Positions 11,068 through 19,829 of a stretch of 64,000 bases of DNA are shown here, in pieces. Each line of letters starts with the position of its first letter. The stretch's first letter is position 1. Below the pieces are notes generated by a model that did not search any database, had not been told where the DNA came from, and saw nothing but the letters and a program-made list of their open reading frames with translations. Position numbers and translations under genes: made by a program. Source of the DNA: Micrococcales bacterium (GTDB taxonomy: Bacteria; Actinomycetota; Actinomycetes; Actinomycetales; Cellulomonadaceae); contig WQWY01000002.1 in assembly GCA_009785115.1 (NCBI GenBank), positions 21,987 through 85,986 on the forward strand, written 5' to 3'.

Positions 11068-13298
11068 CGGCGCGGCCGGCGTTGACGCGCGATGAGCAGG
11101 GCCTGGAGGTCGACCAGCGGCTGCCCCTGCTCGTCACGGTGATGACGGGTCCAGGTGCCGTCAGGCTCCAACCACCACGACGAGGTGGAGTCGGCCACCC
11201 CGAGGTCCACCAGCTCCAGGCATTGCTCGATGTGGTCAGGCGCTGTGATGCGGATCAGGGCCTCGACCCGGCGGTCGAGGTTGCGGTGCATGAGGTCGGC
11301 CGAGCCGATCAGCACCTCCGGGCCGACGAGCTCGTCCTCTGGGCTCGGCACGGCGTTCGCGAAGGCGAAGATGCGGGAGTGCTCCAGGAACCGGCCGAGC
11401 ACCGACCGTACCCGGATGGTCTCGCTCAGGCCGGGCACCCCAGCGCGCAGGGCACAGATGCCGCGCACGTTGATGTCGATGGGCACCCCGGCCTCCGACG
11501 CCCGGTACAGCGCGTCGAGGACGGCCTCGTCCACCATGGAGTTGACCTTGATCTTGATCCAGGCCTCGTGCCCGGCACGGGCCGCGGCGGCCTCGCGCTC
11601 GATCCGCTCGATGAGCCCGGTGCGGATCTGACGCGGGGCCACCAGCAGGCGCTGGAAGCGGCTGCGCGGGGCGTACCCCGACAGCTGGTTGAACAGGCGG
11701 GTCAGGTCTTGGCCGACCTCCGGGTCGCAGGTCAGCAGCCCCAGGTCTGTGTACAGCCGGGCGGTCTTCGGGTGGTAGTTGCCGGTGCCGACGTGCGAGT
11801 ACCGCCGCAGGCCGTCCGACTCCTGCCGCACCACCAGCGACAGCTTGCAGTGGGTCTTCAGCCCGACGATGCCATACACCACGTGCACCCCGGCCTGCTC
11901 GAGCTTGCGGGCCCACTCGATGTTGTTCTGCTCGTCGAAGCGCGCCTTGATCTCGACCAGGGCGAGCACCTGCTTGCCCGCCTGGGCGGCGTCGATCAGC
12001 GCGTCCACGATGGGGGAGTCGCCCGACGTGCGGTACAGCGTCTGCTTGATGGCGAGAACTGCCGGGTCGGCCGCCGCCTGCTCCAAGAACTGCTGCACCG
12101 AGGTGGAGAACGAGTCGTACGGGTGGTGCAGCAGGACGTCACGGGCCCGGATCGCGGCGAAGATGTCCGTCGGGGTGGCCGACTCGACCTCGGCCAGGTG
12201 CCGGTGGGTGGTCGGCACGAACGGGGGGTAGTGCAGCTCGGGCCGGTCCAGGTCCGCGATGACGTTCAGGCCGACGGCGTCCAGCGGGGCAGGCAGGTCG
12301 TAGACGTCCTCCGGGCCGATCCTCAGCTCGCGGGTGAGCAGCTTGCGCACCCGGTCGCTGGTGCCCGCGGCCAGCTCCAGGCGCACCGGCGGGCCGAAGC
12401 GCCGTCGCAGCAGCTCCTTCTCCATGGCCTTGAGGAGGTTCTCCGCGTCGTCCTCCTCGACCTCGACGTCCTCGTTGCGAGTGACCCGGAAGGTGTGGAA
12501 CTCCTGCACCTCCATGCCGGGGAACAGGTAGTACAGGTGCTCGGCGATGACGTCTTCGATCGGGACGAACGAGATGGGCCCCCGCTCGCGAGCGGCGCTG
12601 TGCTCGTCGGGCACCGACGGCTTGCCCTTGGCGTCCACCGCGAGGTAGCGCGGCAGCAGGGGCGGCACCTTGACGCGGGCGAAGTGCTCCTTGCCGCTGG
12701 TCGGGTTGACCAGGCTGATCGCGAGGTTCAGCGACAGCCCGGAGATGTAGGGGAACGGGTGCGCCGGGTCGACCGCGAGCGGGGTGAGCACCGGGAACAG
12801 GCGCTTGCGGAAGTACTTGGTCAGCCGCTCCTGCTCGCTGGTACCCAGGTCAGACCAGCGCACGATGGTGATGCCCTCGGTGGCCAGCGCGGGCTGCACC
12901 TGGTCGGTGAACACGGCGGCGTGCCGGGCCATCAGCCGCTGGGCCTCGGTGCTGATCGCCTCCAGCACCTCCCGGGGGGACTGGCCGGCGGCCGACGTGA
13001 CCGCCAGACCGGTGGCGATGCGACGCTTGAGCCCCGCGACACGCACCATGAAGAACTCGTCGAGGTTCGAGGCGAAGATCGCCAGGAACCGCACCCGCTC
13101 CAGCAGCGGCACGTCGGTGTCCTCGGCCAGCTCGAGCACCCGCTGGTTGAACGCCAGCCACGACAGCTCGCGGTCGCCGAACCGGTCGGACGGCAGCGGG
13201 GCGAGGTCCTGGGTCGCCAGGTCAGGGGTCGGGACGTCCGCGACGTGCTCGGCGATGTGGGCGGCCAGCTCGTCGCCGAGCGGCAGGGCTCCGGTCAT
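11064..13298 (-). CDS. ppk: Polyphosphate kinase 1
   Basis: 744 aa with full PPK1 architecture, including the two PLD-like HKD regions (...[13 protein letters not shown]..., ...RFLEHSRIF...). Confidence 0.95.
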   Translation of the reverse strand: MTGALPLGDELAAHIAEHVADVPTPDLATQDLAPLPSDRFGDRELSWLAFNQRVLELAEDTDVPLLERVRFLAIFASNLDEFFMVRVAGLKRRIATGLAVTSAAGQSPREVLEAISTEAQRLMARHAAVFTDQVQPALATEGITIVRWSDLGTSEQERLTKYFRKRLFPVLTPLAVDPAHPFPYISGLSLNLAISLVNPTSGKEHFARVKVPPLLPRYLAVDAKGKPSVPDEHSAARERGPISFVPIEDVIAEHLYYLFPGMEVQEFHTFRVTRNEDVEVEEDDAENLLKAMEKELLRRRFGPPVRLELAAGTSDRVRKLLTRELRIGPEDVYDLPAPLDAVGLNVIADLDRPELHYPPFVPTTHRHLAEVESATPTDIFAAIRARDVLLHHPYDSFSTSVQQFLEQAAADPAVLAIKQTLYRTSGDSPIVDALIDAAQAGKQVLALVEIKARFDEQNNIEWARKLEQAGVHVVYGIVGLKTHCKLSLVVRQESDGLRRYSHVGTGNYHPKTARLYTDLGLLTCDPEVGQDLTRLFNQLSGYAPRSRFQRLLVAPRQIRTGLIERIEREAAAARAGHEAWIKIKVNSMVDEAVLDALYRASEAGVPIDINVRGICALRAGVPGLSETIRVRSVLGRFLEHSRIFAFANAVPSPEDELVGPEVLIGSADLMHRNLDRRVEALIRITAPDHIEQCLELVDLGVADSTSSWWLEPDGTWTRHHRDEQGQPLVDLQALLIARQRRPRR

Positions 13299-13468
13299 GC
13301 CCCCATGGTGTCATCACACGCGGCCGCATGATCGGTCTGTGGACCTACCGTCTCGCACGTCGGGCAGCGGGTCGCACGGTGCGTGTCGACGGGGCGCGAT
13401 CAGCGGGCGGTCGGTGAGACGCTCTCGGTGCTGGTGCGACGCTTGCCGGCGTCTGTCTGGTACGCGTC

Positions 13469-14413
13469 TCAGCGGCTGCGGTCCGCGGTGAGGCGGTAGC
13501 GGGTGTGGACGGTCTCACGGGTGAACCCGGCGGCTCGGTAGGTGGCCACGGCCACGGTGTTGCCCGCGTCCACGAACAACGCCGCACGGCTCACGCCCAG
13601 CCTGGCCAGGTGCGCGAGCCCGGCCTCGGTCAACGCCCGGCCCAGACCCATGCCCTGCGCGTCCGGGTCGATCCCGAGCACGTAGATCTCCCCGACGCCT
13701 CCGGCACCCATCGCACCAGGGGCGTGCACCTTGGTCCACACCGACCCGAGAAGCCGCTCGTCCAAGGACGCGAGCAGGAACCCGTCAGCGGAGAACCACG
13801 GTTCGCGCTCGCGGGCTCGCAGATCGCTCAGCGTGATGCGGCCCTGCTCGGGATGGTCGGCGAAGGCGCGGGCGTTGACCGCCAACCAGGCCGCCTCGTC
13901 CACCCCGACACGGAACGACCGCAGCACCACCCCCGTCGGCAGCGCGGCAGCGTCGCCGCTTGTGCCACGGGGGGAGCCCTCGCTCCCGGCGACATGCCCG
14001 AGGTCGCGCCCCATCACCCACAGCTCGCGCACCGGCCGTGCCCCGACCGTGGCGAGCAGCGCCCGCGCGGCCGGCAGGTCCCCGTGCGCCCAGACCTCCA
14101 CCGTCCCGCCCGCCGTCTCCAGCGCCTTGTCCAGCAGAGCCGACCCGATCCGGCGACGACGCCACCCCGGGTCCACGACCACCTCGGCGACAGACGTCGC
14201 CCCGTCGTCGCGCACCTGCCCATACCCGACCAGCCGACGCCCGCGCCGCACCACCAGGTGCGTCGCCCGAGCACCGCCCCGCGTGGTGAGCAGCGTCGCC
14301 TCGTCCAGCGGTGCCACCCCGTCGACCCGCGCGGCCCGAGCCGCCAACGCCCGCACCGCCCCACCATGAACCCGCGAGACGATCTCGACATCCCCCGGAG
14401 CGGTCGTCACCAT
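13469..14413 (-). CDS. mshD: Mycothiol synthase-like tandem-GNAT acetyltransferase
   Basis: Two GNAT folds (...RRRRIGSALLDKAL... and ...QGMGLGRALTEAGLAHL...). ATG14413 is preceded by GGAGGAAG and gives 314 aa, the MshD size as I recall. The track ORF starts 27 codons earlier. Confidence 0.75.
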   Translation of the reverse strand: MVTTAPGDVEIVSRVHGGAVRALAARAARVDGVAPLDEATLLTTRGGARATHLVVRRGRRLVGYGQVRDDGATSVAEVVVDPGWRRRRIGSALLDKALETAGGTVEVWAHGDLPAARALLATVGARPVRELWVMGRDLGHVAGSEGSPRGTSGDAAALPTGVVLRSFRVGVDEAAWLAVNARAFADHPEQGRITLSDLRAREREPWFSADGFLLASLDERLLGSVWTKVHAPGAMGAGGVGEIYVLGIDPDAQGMGLGRALTEAGLAHLARLGVSRAALFVDAGNTVAVATYRAAGFTRETVHTRYRLTADRSR

Positions 14414-14554
14414 GCCCCCATCTTCCTCCAGACGCGCGCGGAGGCTCGGCGGGACTGGTTCGCGACGGCTGGTCGGGAGCGTCTGAGGCGACAAGACACG
14501 GATGGACAGGGTCTGGTCTAGTCAGGTCTGGTCAAATATCGATACGATGGAGCC

Positions 14555-14791
14555 ATGCCGACCCAGGATGTGCCCATCTACGAGGCCAAGACCTCTCTGT
14601 CGCGGCTCGTGGTGCGGGTCGAGCGAGGGGAAGAGATCGGGATCACCAGGCATGGACGGCTGGTCGCACGTCTGGTGCCACCACGGCCCCGGCCGACCCG
14701 ACAGGTGGGGATGCTCGACGGCCAGGGCCGGGTGCCTGACGGTTGGGACGATCTCACCGATGCCGATCTCGCAGACTGGTACGGCGCATGA
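14555..14791 (+). CDS. Phd/YefM-family antitoxin
   Basis: MPTQDVPIYEAKTSLSRLVVRVERGEEIGITRHGRLVARLVPP is the Phd/YefM N-terminal fold. ATGA overlap with the downstream PIN toxin. Confidence 0.8.
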   Translation: MPTQDVPIYEAKTSLSRLVVRVERGEEIGITRHGRLVARLVPPRPRPTRQVGMLDGQGRVPDGWDDLTDADLADWYGA

Positions 14792-15162
14792 GCCGGGTCC
14801 TGCTCGACACCAACGTGCTGATCTGGGCGACCGTGTCCTCGTCGCGGCTCACGCCCGCCTGGCGAGACCTGCTGCTGGACCCGAGCAACGACGTGTTCTT
14901 CTCCTCGGTGTCGGTGGCCGAGATCTCGATCAAGGCGTCGCTGGGCAAGCTCGACATGCCCGACGAGTATGTGGCGGTGCTGGCCCGCTCCGGCTATGAA
15001 GAGCTGACGCTGACCGCCTCCCATGCCCAGGCGTTGCGCACGCTGCCCTGGCACCACCGCGACCCGTTCGACCGCCTCATCGTCGCCCAGGCGCTCGTCG
15101 AAGACCTCGCCGTGATGACGTCAGACGCCGCTTTCGCGCAGTACGGGACGGCGCTGGTCTGA
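14788..15162 (+). CDS. vapC: VapC-family PIN-domain toxin
   Basis: MSRVLLDTNVLIW...SVAEISIK...HRDPFDRLIVAQA...MTSD carries the PIN acidic residues in the usual order. ATG14788 overlaps the antitoxin stop. Confidence 0.85.
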   Translation: MSRVLLDTNVLIWATVSSSRLTPAWRDLLLDPSNDVFFSSVSVAEISIKASLGKLDMPDEYVAVLARSGYEELTLTASHAQALRTLPWHHRDPFDRLIVAQALVEDLAVMTSDAAFAQYGTALV

Positions 15163-15190
15163 GGCGACGCCCCCGTGGACCGGGGTGCGT

Positions 15191-15469
15191 CTAGGCGTGG
15201 TAGGCGTCGCGACGGTGGTCGATGTCGACGACGATGACGCGGCGCTGTTCCTCGTCGATCCGGTATCGGACTCGGTACTCGCCCCGCCGTGCGCGGTAGT
15301 AACCCGCGAAGGGGGCTCGCAGAGGGGCGCCTACCCGGCGTGGGTTGTCCGCGAGCGGGCCAGCGACGAACTCGTACGCGGCGAACGCGGCCGAGGGCGG
15401 GAGCGTCTCGGACAGGGCTCGGCGTGCGCCTGGAGCCAGGACGACCTCGTAGCGGTCGTCACCGGGCAT
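15191..15469 (-). CDS. RelE/ParE-family toxin
   Basis: 92 aa; ...PFAGYYRARRGEYRVRYRIDEEQRRVIVVDIDHRRDAY. Overlaps the upstream antitoxin by 11 nt. Confidence 0.8.
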   Translation of the reverse strand: MPGDDRYEVVLAPGARRALSETLPPSAAFAAYEFVAGPLADNPRRVGAPLRAPFAGYYRARRGEYRVRYRIDEEQRRVIVVDIDHRRDAYHA

Positions 15470-15746
15470 GGCGGCGGCGCTCGGCCATCAGGGCGGCCAT
15501 CTCGTCGAGCGTGGTGGTCTGGCCGTGTGCGACATCCTCTTCCGCCTGGGCGATCCGGGCCTGCGCGTCCGGGTCTGAGAGCAGCTCGAGCGTCGCCTCC
15601 ATGGACTCCAAGTCCTCGGCTGACATGATCACGACGTACTTGCGGCCGTTCCGCGTGACGTTGACACGATCATGCGTGCGGAAGACCTCGTCGGCGATCT
15701 CCGAGAGGCGAGCCTTCGCCTCGGCCAAGGGCAGCACAACGCTCAT
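15459..15746 (-). CDS. Phd/YefM-family antitoxin
   Basis: MSVVLPLAEAKARLSEIADEVFRTHDRVNVTRNGRKYVVIMSAEDLESMEATLELL is a classic YefM pattern. ATG15746 chosen over the track start at 15815. Confidence 0.85.
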   Translation of the reverse strand: MSVVLPLAEAKARLSEIADEVFRTHDRVNVTRNGRKYVVIMSAEDLESMEATLELLSDPDAQARIAQAEEDVAHGQTTTLDEMAALMAERRRHAR

Positions 15747-15764
15747 AGACCAGAATTGTAGTCT
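15747..15764. promoter_or_regulatory. Imperfect palindrome and TACAAT -10 box abutting the phd start codon (probable operator, near-leaderless transcript)
   Basis: agaccagaattgtagtct is a 7-of-9 half-site palindrome centred on AATT. On the coding strand, TACAAT lies 9-14 nt before the ATG. Confidence 0.35.
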
Positions 15765-15925
15765 GTCCGTTGAGGGTGGGCAAGGAGGTCCCTCAGCCTG
15801 TGTGATCGACGACACCCTCGGGCAGCGCTGTCGCTGGCGCCGGGGGCCAGGCGTGCTGTGGGTTCGCCGCCCCCGATTTCACGCTTCCGTGTCGTGCGGT
15901 AGCCCGATAAGCTGAGGTCGGCACG

Positions 15926-18268
15926 ATGGCAGACAGGAGGTGTGCGGTGGCTCGGTGGGCGACGATCAGCAACGACAGCCCTACCGTGATCGACGCCTTG
16001 GACCGGGGTGCGCTGGTGGATCGCATCGTGGGCCTCGTGGAGGAGGTGCAGGCACCGTTCACGCTGGGGGTGTACGGGGGCTGGGGGTCGGGCAAGTCGT
16101 CCATCATGAAACGGGTGCGGTGGCGGCTGGACCCGCCGCGTGACGGTCGCCCGCTGGCCGGACCGCCTCGCGGGGCACCGGTGTCGGAGCCCGCCGGCGA
16201 GGACGACCTGCGGTGGCGTCGCACCGTGTGGTTCAACGCCTGGGAGCACCAGAACGACACCGACCCGGCGGTGGCGCTGCTGCAAGAGGCCCGCCGGATG
16301 CTGCGCCCGTCGTTGTGGAACCGGTGGCGCATGCGCAAGTGGTTCCGGATTCTTCGGGACGCCATCGGCCCGGCGCTGGAGAAGGCCGGGCAGCCGGTCG
16401 CGGCGGTCGGTGGCCCGTTGACCGCCTGGCGCCAGTCGGTCGAGCGGGTCAACCGCGACCTGTTCGCCGTCCAGGAAGACCAGGTGCGCAAGCGCGAGGC
16501 CTTCACCGAGATCGTGAACCTGCTCGCCAAACGCGCCGACAGGGGCAAGATCATCATCTTCATCGACGACCTCGACAGGTGCGACGACGACAAAGTGGCC
16601 CGGCGTCTGCTCGACGACATCAAGACCTACCTCGACCACTCCCGGTGCGTCTTCGTCGTCGGGGTCAACTCGGCCAAGCTGCGCGCCCAGCGCGACGATG
16701 CCCAGGATGACGGTTCCCAGGGGGCGGGGCACCGAGGGGAAAGCCTGGGAGAGGATCGCCTCAACAAGATCATCAACTACCCGTTCTACGTCCCCCCGCT
16801 GGAGAAGGAACAGTACGGCCACTTCGTCGTGCGGATGCTGAAGGAATGCTTCGGGTGGGAGAGCGGCAACGCGGGAGGCGACAGCACGAAGCCCCCGCCC
16901 GACCACCGGCTGGACGTACCGCAGATCCAGAAGGTCGCTGACATCCTGAAGGAGATCCTGGCCGCCCGCTCAGCCTCTGTGCGCGAGACGGTGCGCCTGT
17001 GCAACGTTTTCATCGTCAACCACGAGCTCACGAGCAGCTCCTTCGGCGAGACCGGTCTGTGGGGCGACTACCGCCCCGAGGCCGTCGCTGTCCTCTCAGC
17101 CGTCCAGGCGTTCTACCCCGAGGCGCACGAGTGGCTGTGCAGCGAACAGGACTGGCCAGCAGACAAGGCAGAGACGTCGGCCGCCGAGGGGAAGCTGCGG
17201 TGGCTGTTCGGCAGCACCTCGACCCCTGTGGAGGCTCTTCGAGGCGGTATGTCGTTGAGGGGCACCAAGGTGCTCGATCAGGCCCGCCGGGTCGTGAAAC
17301 TGCCTGAGGGCCGAGAGCGTCTGCCGCTGTACCTCAGCATGTGGGGCCACCCCCACCAGTCCTTCGACAGGCACAACAGCCGGTGGAACCACGAATATCG
17401 GGCGCGCCAAGACATGGACCTCGTCCAGACGTTGGAGTGGATCAGGAGCCCGCAGGGCCGGGTCGCGGGCAAATCGGCCTGGGAAACGGGCGACCTGCGC
17501 GTCGTCAAGCTGGGCAAGCACTGGTGGTGGGTCGTCACCGACGACGAGCGATTGAAGCAGGAGATAGAAGACCTCAGAAAGGAGCGCTCTGGTCTCGACG
17601 GCGAGAATGAGGGCGACCGGGAGCGGATGAGCGGGATCGACAGGGCCATCGCAGCCCGGGAAGAAGCGCTCGCCTCGTTCGAGGGAGAGGTGCCCCGTGC
17701 GCTGTTGCTGTCCGAGGGCATGGTGGACGCCATGCAGTATGACAGCGAGGCTCACAGTTTTTCCGAGTGGAGAGACGCGAAGCCGGGTGCCGAGCTCAAG
17801 GGAGCCCTGTGGAGAGACTCGACGCTGCGGCACTGGTTGCGCACCGACTTCGCCGACGACCACCTTCCGGCTGACGTTCGAGATGCCGTGCTCACAGTCA
17901 CCACGACGACTGAGACCGACTGGGCTGGGCCAGAGAAGTTTCAGAACTGGGACGAGAAGGCAAAGAACGAGCAGAGAGGCGAGGCGCTCGCAAAAGACAA
18001 GCGGGACGACGAGACGATCTTCTTGCTCAAATGGGAAGAGGTGTTCCCGGAGGGCTCCCCCTTTGTCTTGGGCGAAGTAGATGTGGACGCGCGTGGACCG
18101 GACGGCGCTGTGAGCTTCTGGTGGTTGCGCTCGCCTGGCAGCTACCCAATCTACGCCTTGGGGGTGCTGCCTTCCTCGCTCGCGGGCCCCGACCTCCGCC
18201 GCAGCCTTTTCTGGGCTGGGGGCTGGGCTGGGGTCCGCCCTGCTTTTTGGCTCAATCTTGAATCTTGA
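15926..18268 (+). CDS. KAP-family P-loop NTPase (no inserted TM helices) fused to a Trp-rich DUF6273-like C-terminal module
   Basis: Walker A GGWGSGKSS (aa 51-59), VWFNAWEHQ, Walker B IIIFIDDLDRC (aa 209-219): the KAP signature. aa ~515-780 carry HWWWVV, ALLLSEG, LWRDSTLRHWL, ETIFLLKWEEVF, FWWLRSPG and GVRPAFWLNL, split by a charged coiled-coil (aa 541-590). GTG15947, 7 nt after AGGAGG, is an alternative start. Confidence 0.8.
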   Translation: MADRRCAVARWATISNDSPTVIDALDRGALVDRIVGLVEEVQAPFTLGVYGGWGSGKSSIMKRVRWRLDPPRDGRPLAGPPRGAPVSEPAGEDDLRWRRTVWFNAWEHQNDTDPAVALLQEARRMLRPSLWNRWRMRKWFRILRDAIGPALEKAGQPVAAVGGPLTAWRQSVERVNRDLFAVQEDQVRKREAFTEIVNLLAKRADRGKIIIFIDDLDRCDDDKVARRLLDDIKTYLDHSRCVFVVGVNSAKLRAQRDDAQDDGSQGAGHRGESLGEDRLNKIINYPFYVPPLEKEQYGHFVVRMLKECFGWESGNAGGDSTKPPPDHRLDVPQIQKVADILKEILAARSASVRETVRLCNVFIVNHELTSSSFGETGLWGDYRPEAVAVLSAVQAFYPEAHEWLCSEQDWPADKAETSAAEGKLRWLFGSTSTPVEALRGGMSLRGTKVLDQARRVVKLPEGRERLPLYLSMWGHPHQSFDRHNSRWNHEYRARQDMDLVQTLEWIRSPQGRVAGKSAWETGDLRVVKLGKHWWWVVTDDERLKQEIEDLRKERSGLDGENEGDRERMSGIDRAIAAREEALASFEGEVPRALLLSEGMVDAMQYDSEAHSFSEWRDAKPGAELKGALWRDSTLRHWLRTDFADDHLPADVRDAVLTVTTTTETDWAGPEKFQNWDEKAKNEQRGEALAKDKRDDETIFLLKWEEVFPEGSPFVLGEVDVDARGPDGAVSFWWLRSPGSYPIYALGVLPSSLAGPDLRRSLFWAGGWAGVRPAFWLNLES

Positions 18269-18272
18269 ATCC
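18254..18272. repeat. Tandem heptamer AATCTTG x2.7 spanning the KAP stop codon
   Basis: aatcttg aatcttg aatcc at 18254-18272, with TGA at 18266-18268. Preceded by a 12-nt tandem ctgggctggggg/ctgggctggggt at 18211-18234. Confidence 0.7.
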
Positions 18273-18281
18273 TTTAATCCG

Positions 18282-18461
18282 ATGGCTCCGTCAGGCGTCA
18301 TCTTTTGCCGCCAGCAGGCGGCTCGAACTATTTTCTTAGACGGAGTGTCTGTGGCTGGGCAGGGCGAGTTTGCGGTGGTGACCAAGACCAAAGAGCTCTG
18401 CCAGTACGTCGTGACGATTGCAGAAAATTCGTCGAAGCGGTCTAGAAAAGAGGTGGTATAG
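18282..18461 (+). CDS. Possible small ORF (59 aa) in an AT-rich spacer; may be non-coding or a gene remnant
   Basis: ATG18282 to TAG18461, ending 1 nt before the next gene's GTG. Codon usage is atypical (many A/T-ending codons). A GC hairpin plus U-rich tract (18307-18338) lies inside it, which argues against translation. Confidence 0.25.
   Translation: MAPSGVIFCRQQAARTIFLDGVSVAGQGEFAVVTKTKELCQYVVTIAENSSKRSRKEVV
18307..18338 (+). terminator. Candidate intrinsic terminator/attenuator after the KAP gene
   Basis: GCCGCC-AGCA-GGCGGC hairpin (18307-18322) followed by TCGAACTATTTTCTTA. The U tract is displaced by 6 nt, so the signal is weak. Confidence 0.3.
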
Positions 18462-19496
18462 GTGGTCGACGCCCCTGGTGACGACCAGAAGGTTCCTGGT
18501 ACCCCGGCCCTTGCCCTGTTCCGGCCGTGGTTCGTCGGTCAGCTCACGGTGGTCCCGTTCCTGGTGGGCCTGTGGTTGCCTCGCGCTGGGCTGAGTCTCA
18601 AGTGGTCCCTCTGGGTGGGGGTGGGTGCTGCTGTCCTCTCCTTCGTCGTGCTCGGTGTCGTCGTGGAACGGAGGGGGAAACGGCGCGCTGGCGCATGGTT
18701 CCGTGTGCTCTCGGCCCCGGCACCAGAGGCGACACAGGGGGGCCGTCGGAGGTTGGGAGACCGTCCGGCGATGGTTGCGAGGGCGGTATGGGCTCTGCTG
18801 AAGGTGCTGTTCGTCGCTGTCGAGCTGGTAGTTCTCGGGTTCGTCGGGTGGTTGGCGCTGAGGGAGGTGTTCAGCACGCTCGGCTGGACAGGAGTGGATG
18901 CCCTGATGGTCGCCGTCGTGGTCTGTGTCGCTGTCGCCCTGGTCGGGCTGACGAGCAGCAGCTGGGGCAGGTCCGCCGCGAGCGTACGGCCGTCGTCTGC
19001 TGTGCCCTACACGTGGAAGCCGTCTGCGATGGCGAACCTCTTCGTGGGGCTGGCAGTGGCGGTGCTGGTGTGGGGGAGCGTGGTGGCGGCGCTGGCCTGG
19101 GGTGGTCTGGGTGAGGTCATCGATCCGGTCGGCGCCCCCTCAGGTTGGTCGCTGCCTGTAGGGATCGGGCTGCTGGTGTGTGCCGTGCTCGTCGTGCCGT
19201 GGCTGTTCTGGGCGGGCGACTACTCCCGGCACGTCGACCAGGATGCCCCTCGTGGCTCGGTCACGGGGTGGGTGGCACTCGGCGGTGCGCTGCCCAGCGT
19301 CGTCTTGATGGTCGCTGGGATCGTCATCGCCTCCCGCCAGGAGGTGCCCGACCACCTGCTCGGCTACGTCGACCTGTTCGGCCACCTCGATGCGCTCTCC
19401 TGGGGCTGGGCCATCGTGGTGCCCCTGACCCTCGCGCTTCTCGCCACCGTCTACCTGCGCGCCGCCGCCATCCCGGCGGCTGTGCGTACCGCCTGA
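18462..19496 (+). CDS. Polytopic membrane protein (about 8 TM segments), no recognisable family
   Basis: GTG18462 sits 5 nt after GAGGTGG. The 344-aa sequence alternates long hydrophobic runs (e.g. WSLWVGVGAAVLSFVVLGVVV, ALLKVLFVAVELVVLGFVGWLAL, GVDALMVAVVVCVAVALVGL) with Arg-rich loops. High GC3. Confidence 0.6.
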   Translation: MVDAPGDDQKVPGTPALALFRPWFVGQLTVVPFLVGLWLPRAGLSLKWSLWVGVGAAVLSFVVLGVVVERRGKRRAGAWFRVLSAPAPEATQGGRRRLGDRPAMVARAVWALLKVLFVAVELVVLGFVGWLALREVFSTLGWTGVDALMVAVVVCVAVALVGLTSSSWGRSAASVRPSSAVPYTWKPSAMANLFVGLAVAVLVWGSVVAALAWGGLGEVIDPVGAPSGWSLPVGIGLLVCAVLVVPWLFWAGDYSRHVDQDAPRGSVTGWVALGGALPSVVLMVAGIVIASRQEVPDHLLGYVDLFGHLDALSWGWAIVVPLTLALLATVYLRAAAIPAAVRTA

Positions 19497-19544
19497 GCGG
19501 CAGCCTCACCGCCTGTGCATGGCTCGAGCGTCGTGCTATCGTGT

Positions 19545-19565
19545 ATATCCATAAAGAATATCCAT
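19545..19565. promoter_or_regulatory. Direct repeat ATATCCAT-N5-ATATCCAT upstream of vapB (candidate operator/promoter)
   Basis: 19545-19552 and 19558-19565, in the only AT-rich patch of the 93-bp intergenic region, about 25 nt before ATG19590. Confidence 0.3.
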
Positions 19566-19589
19566 GAGATCGAACCGCCAGGAGGGACG

Positions 19590-19829
19590 ATGAGCACCGA
19601 GACCACTGTGTTCCGCTCCAACCGCACCCAGGCGGTGCGTCTGCCCAAGGCCATCGCGTTCCCCGAGTCGGTCACCCGTGTGAGGATCACCACCGTGGGG
19701 ACATCCCGGCTCGTCACCCCGGTGGTGCCGACCTGGGACGAGTGGTTCGCGCGCACACAGGGCGTCACCGACGACTTCATGAGCGAGGGGCGATACCAGG
19801 GTCCCGACGCCGAACGCGTCCACCTGTGA
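19590..19829 (+). CDS. vapB: VapB antitoxin (AbrB/SpoVT-type)
   Basis: MSTETTVFRSNRTQAVRLPKAIAFPESVTRVRITTVGTSRLVTPVVPTWDEWF parallels enterobacterial VapB. RBS CAGGAGGGA. GTGA overlap with vapC. Confidence 0.85.
   Translation: MSTETTVFRSNRTQAVRLPKAIAFPESVTRVRITTVGTSRLVTPVVPTWDEWFARTQGVTDDFMSEGRYQGPDAERVHL

Noticed and set aside
11082-13331. 749-aa plus-strand ORF
   Set aside because: It is the exact antisense shadow of ppk1, which carries unmistakable PPK1 motifs. The shadow translation is low-complexity.
15743-18391. Minus-strand ORFs of 387 aa and 431 aa under the KAP gene
   Set aside because: They are antisense shadows. The plus frame carries the Walker A/B and DUF6273-like motifs.
18282-18461. 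Treating the 59-aa ORF as a confident third gene of a KAP operon
   Set aside because: Its codon usage is atypical, a hairpin plus U tract lies inside it, and it matches no family. It is kept only as a low-confidence feature or possible remnant.
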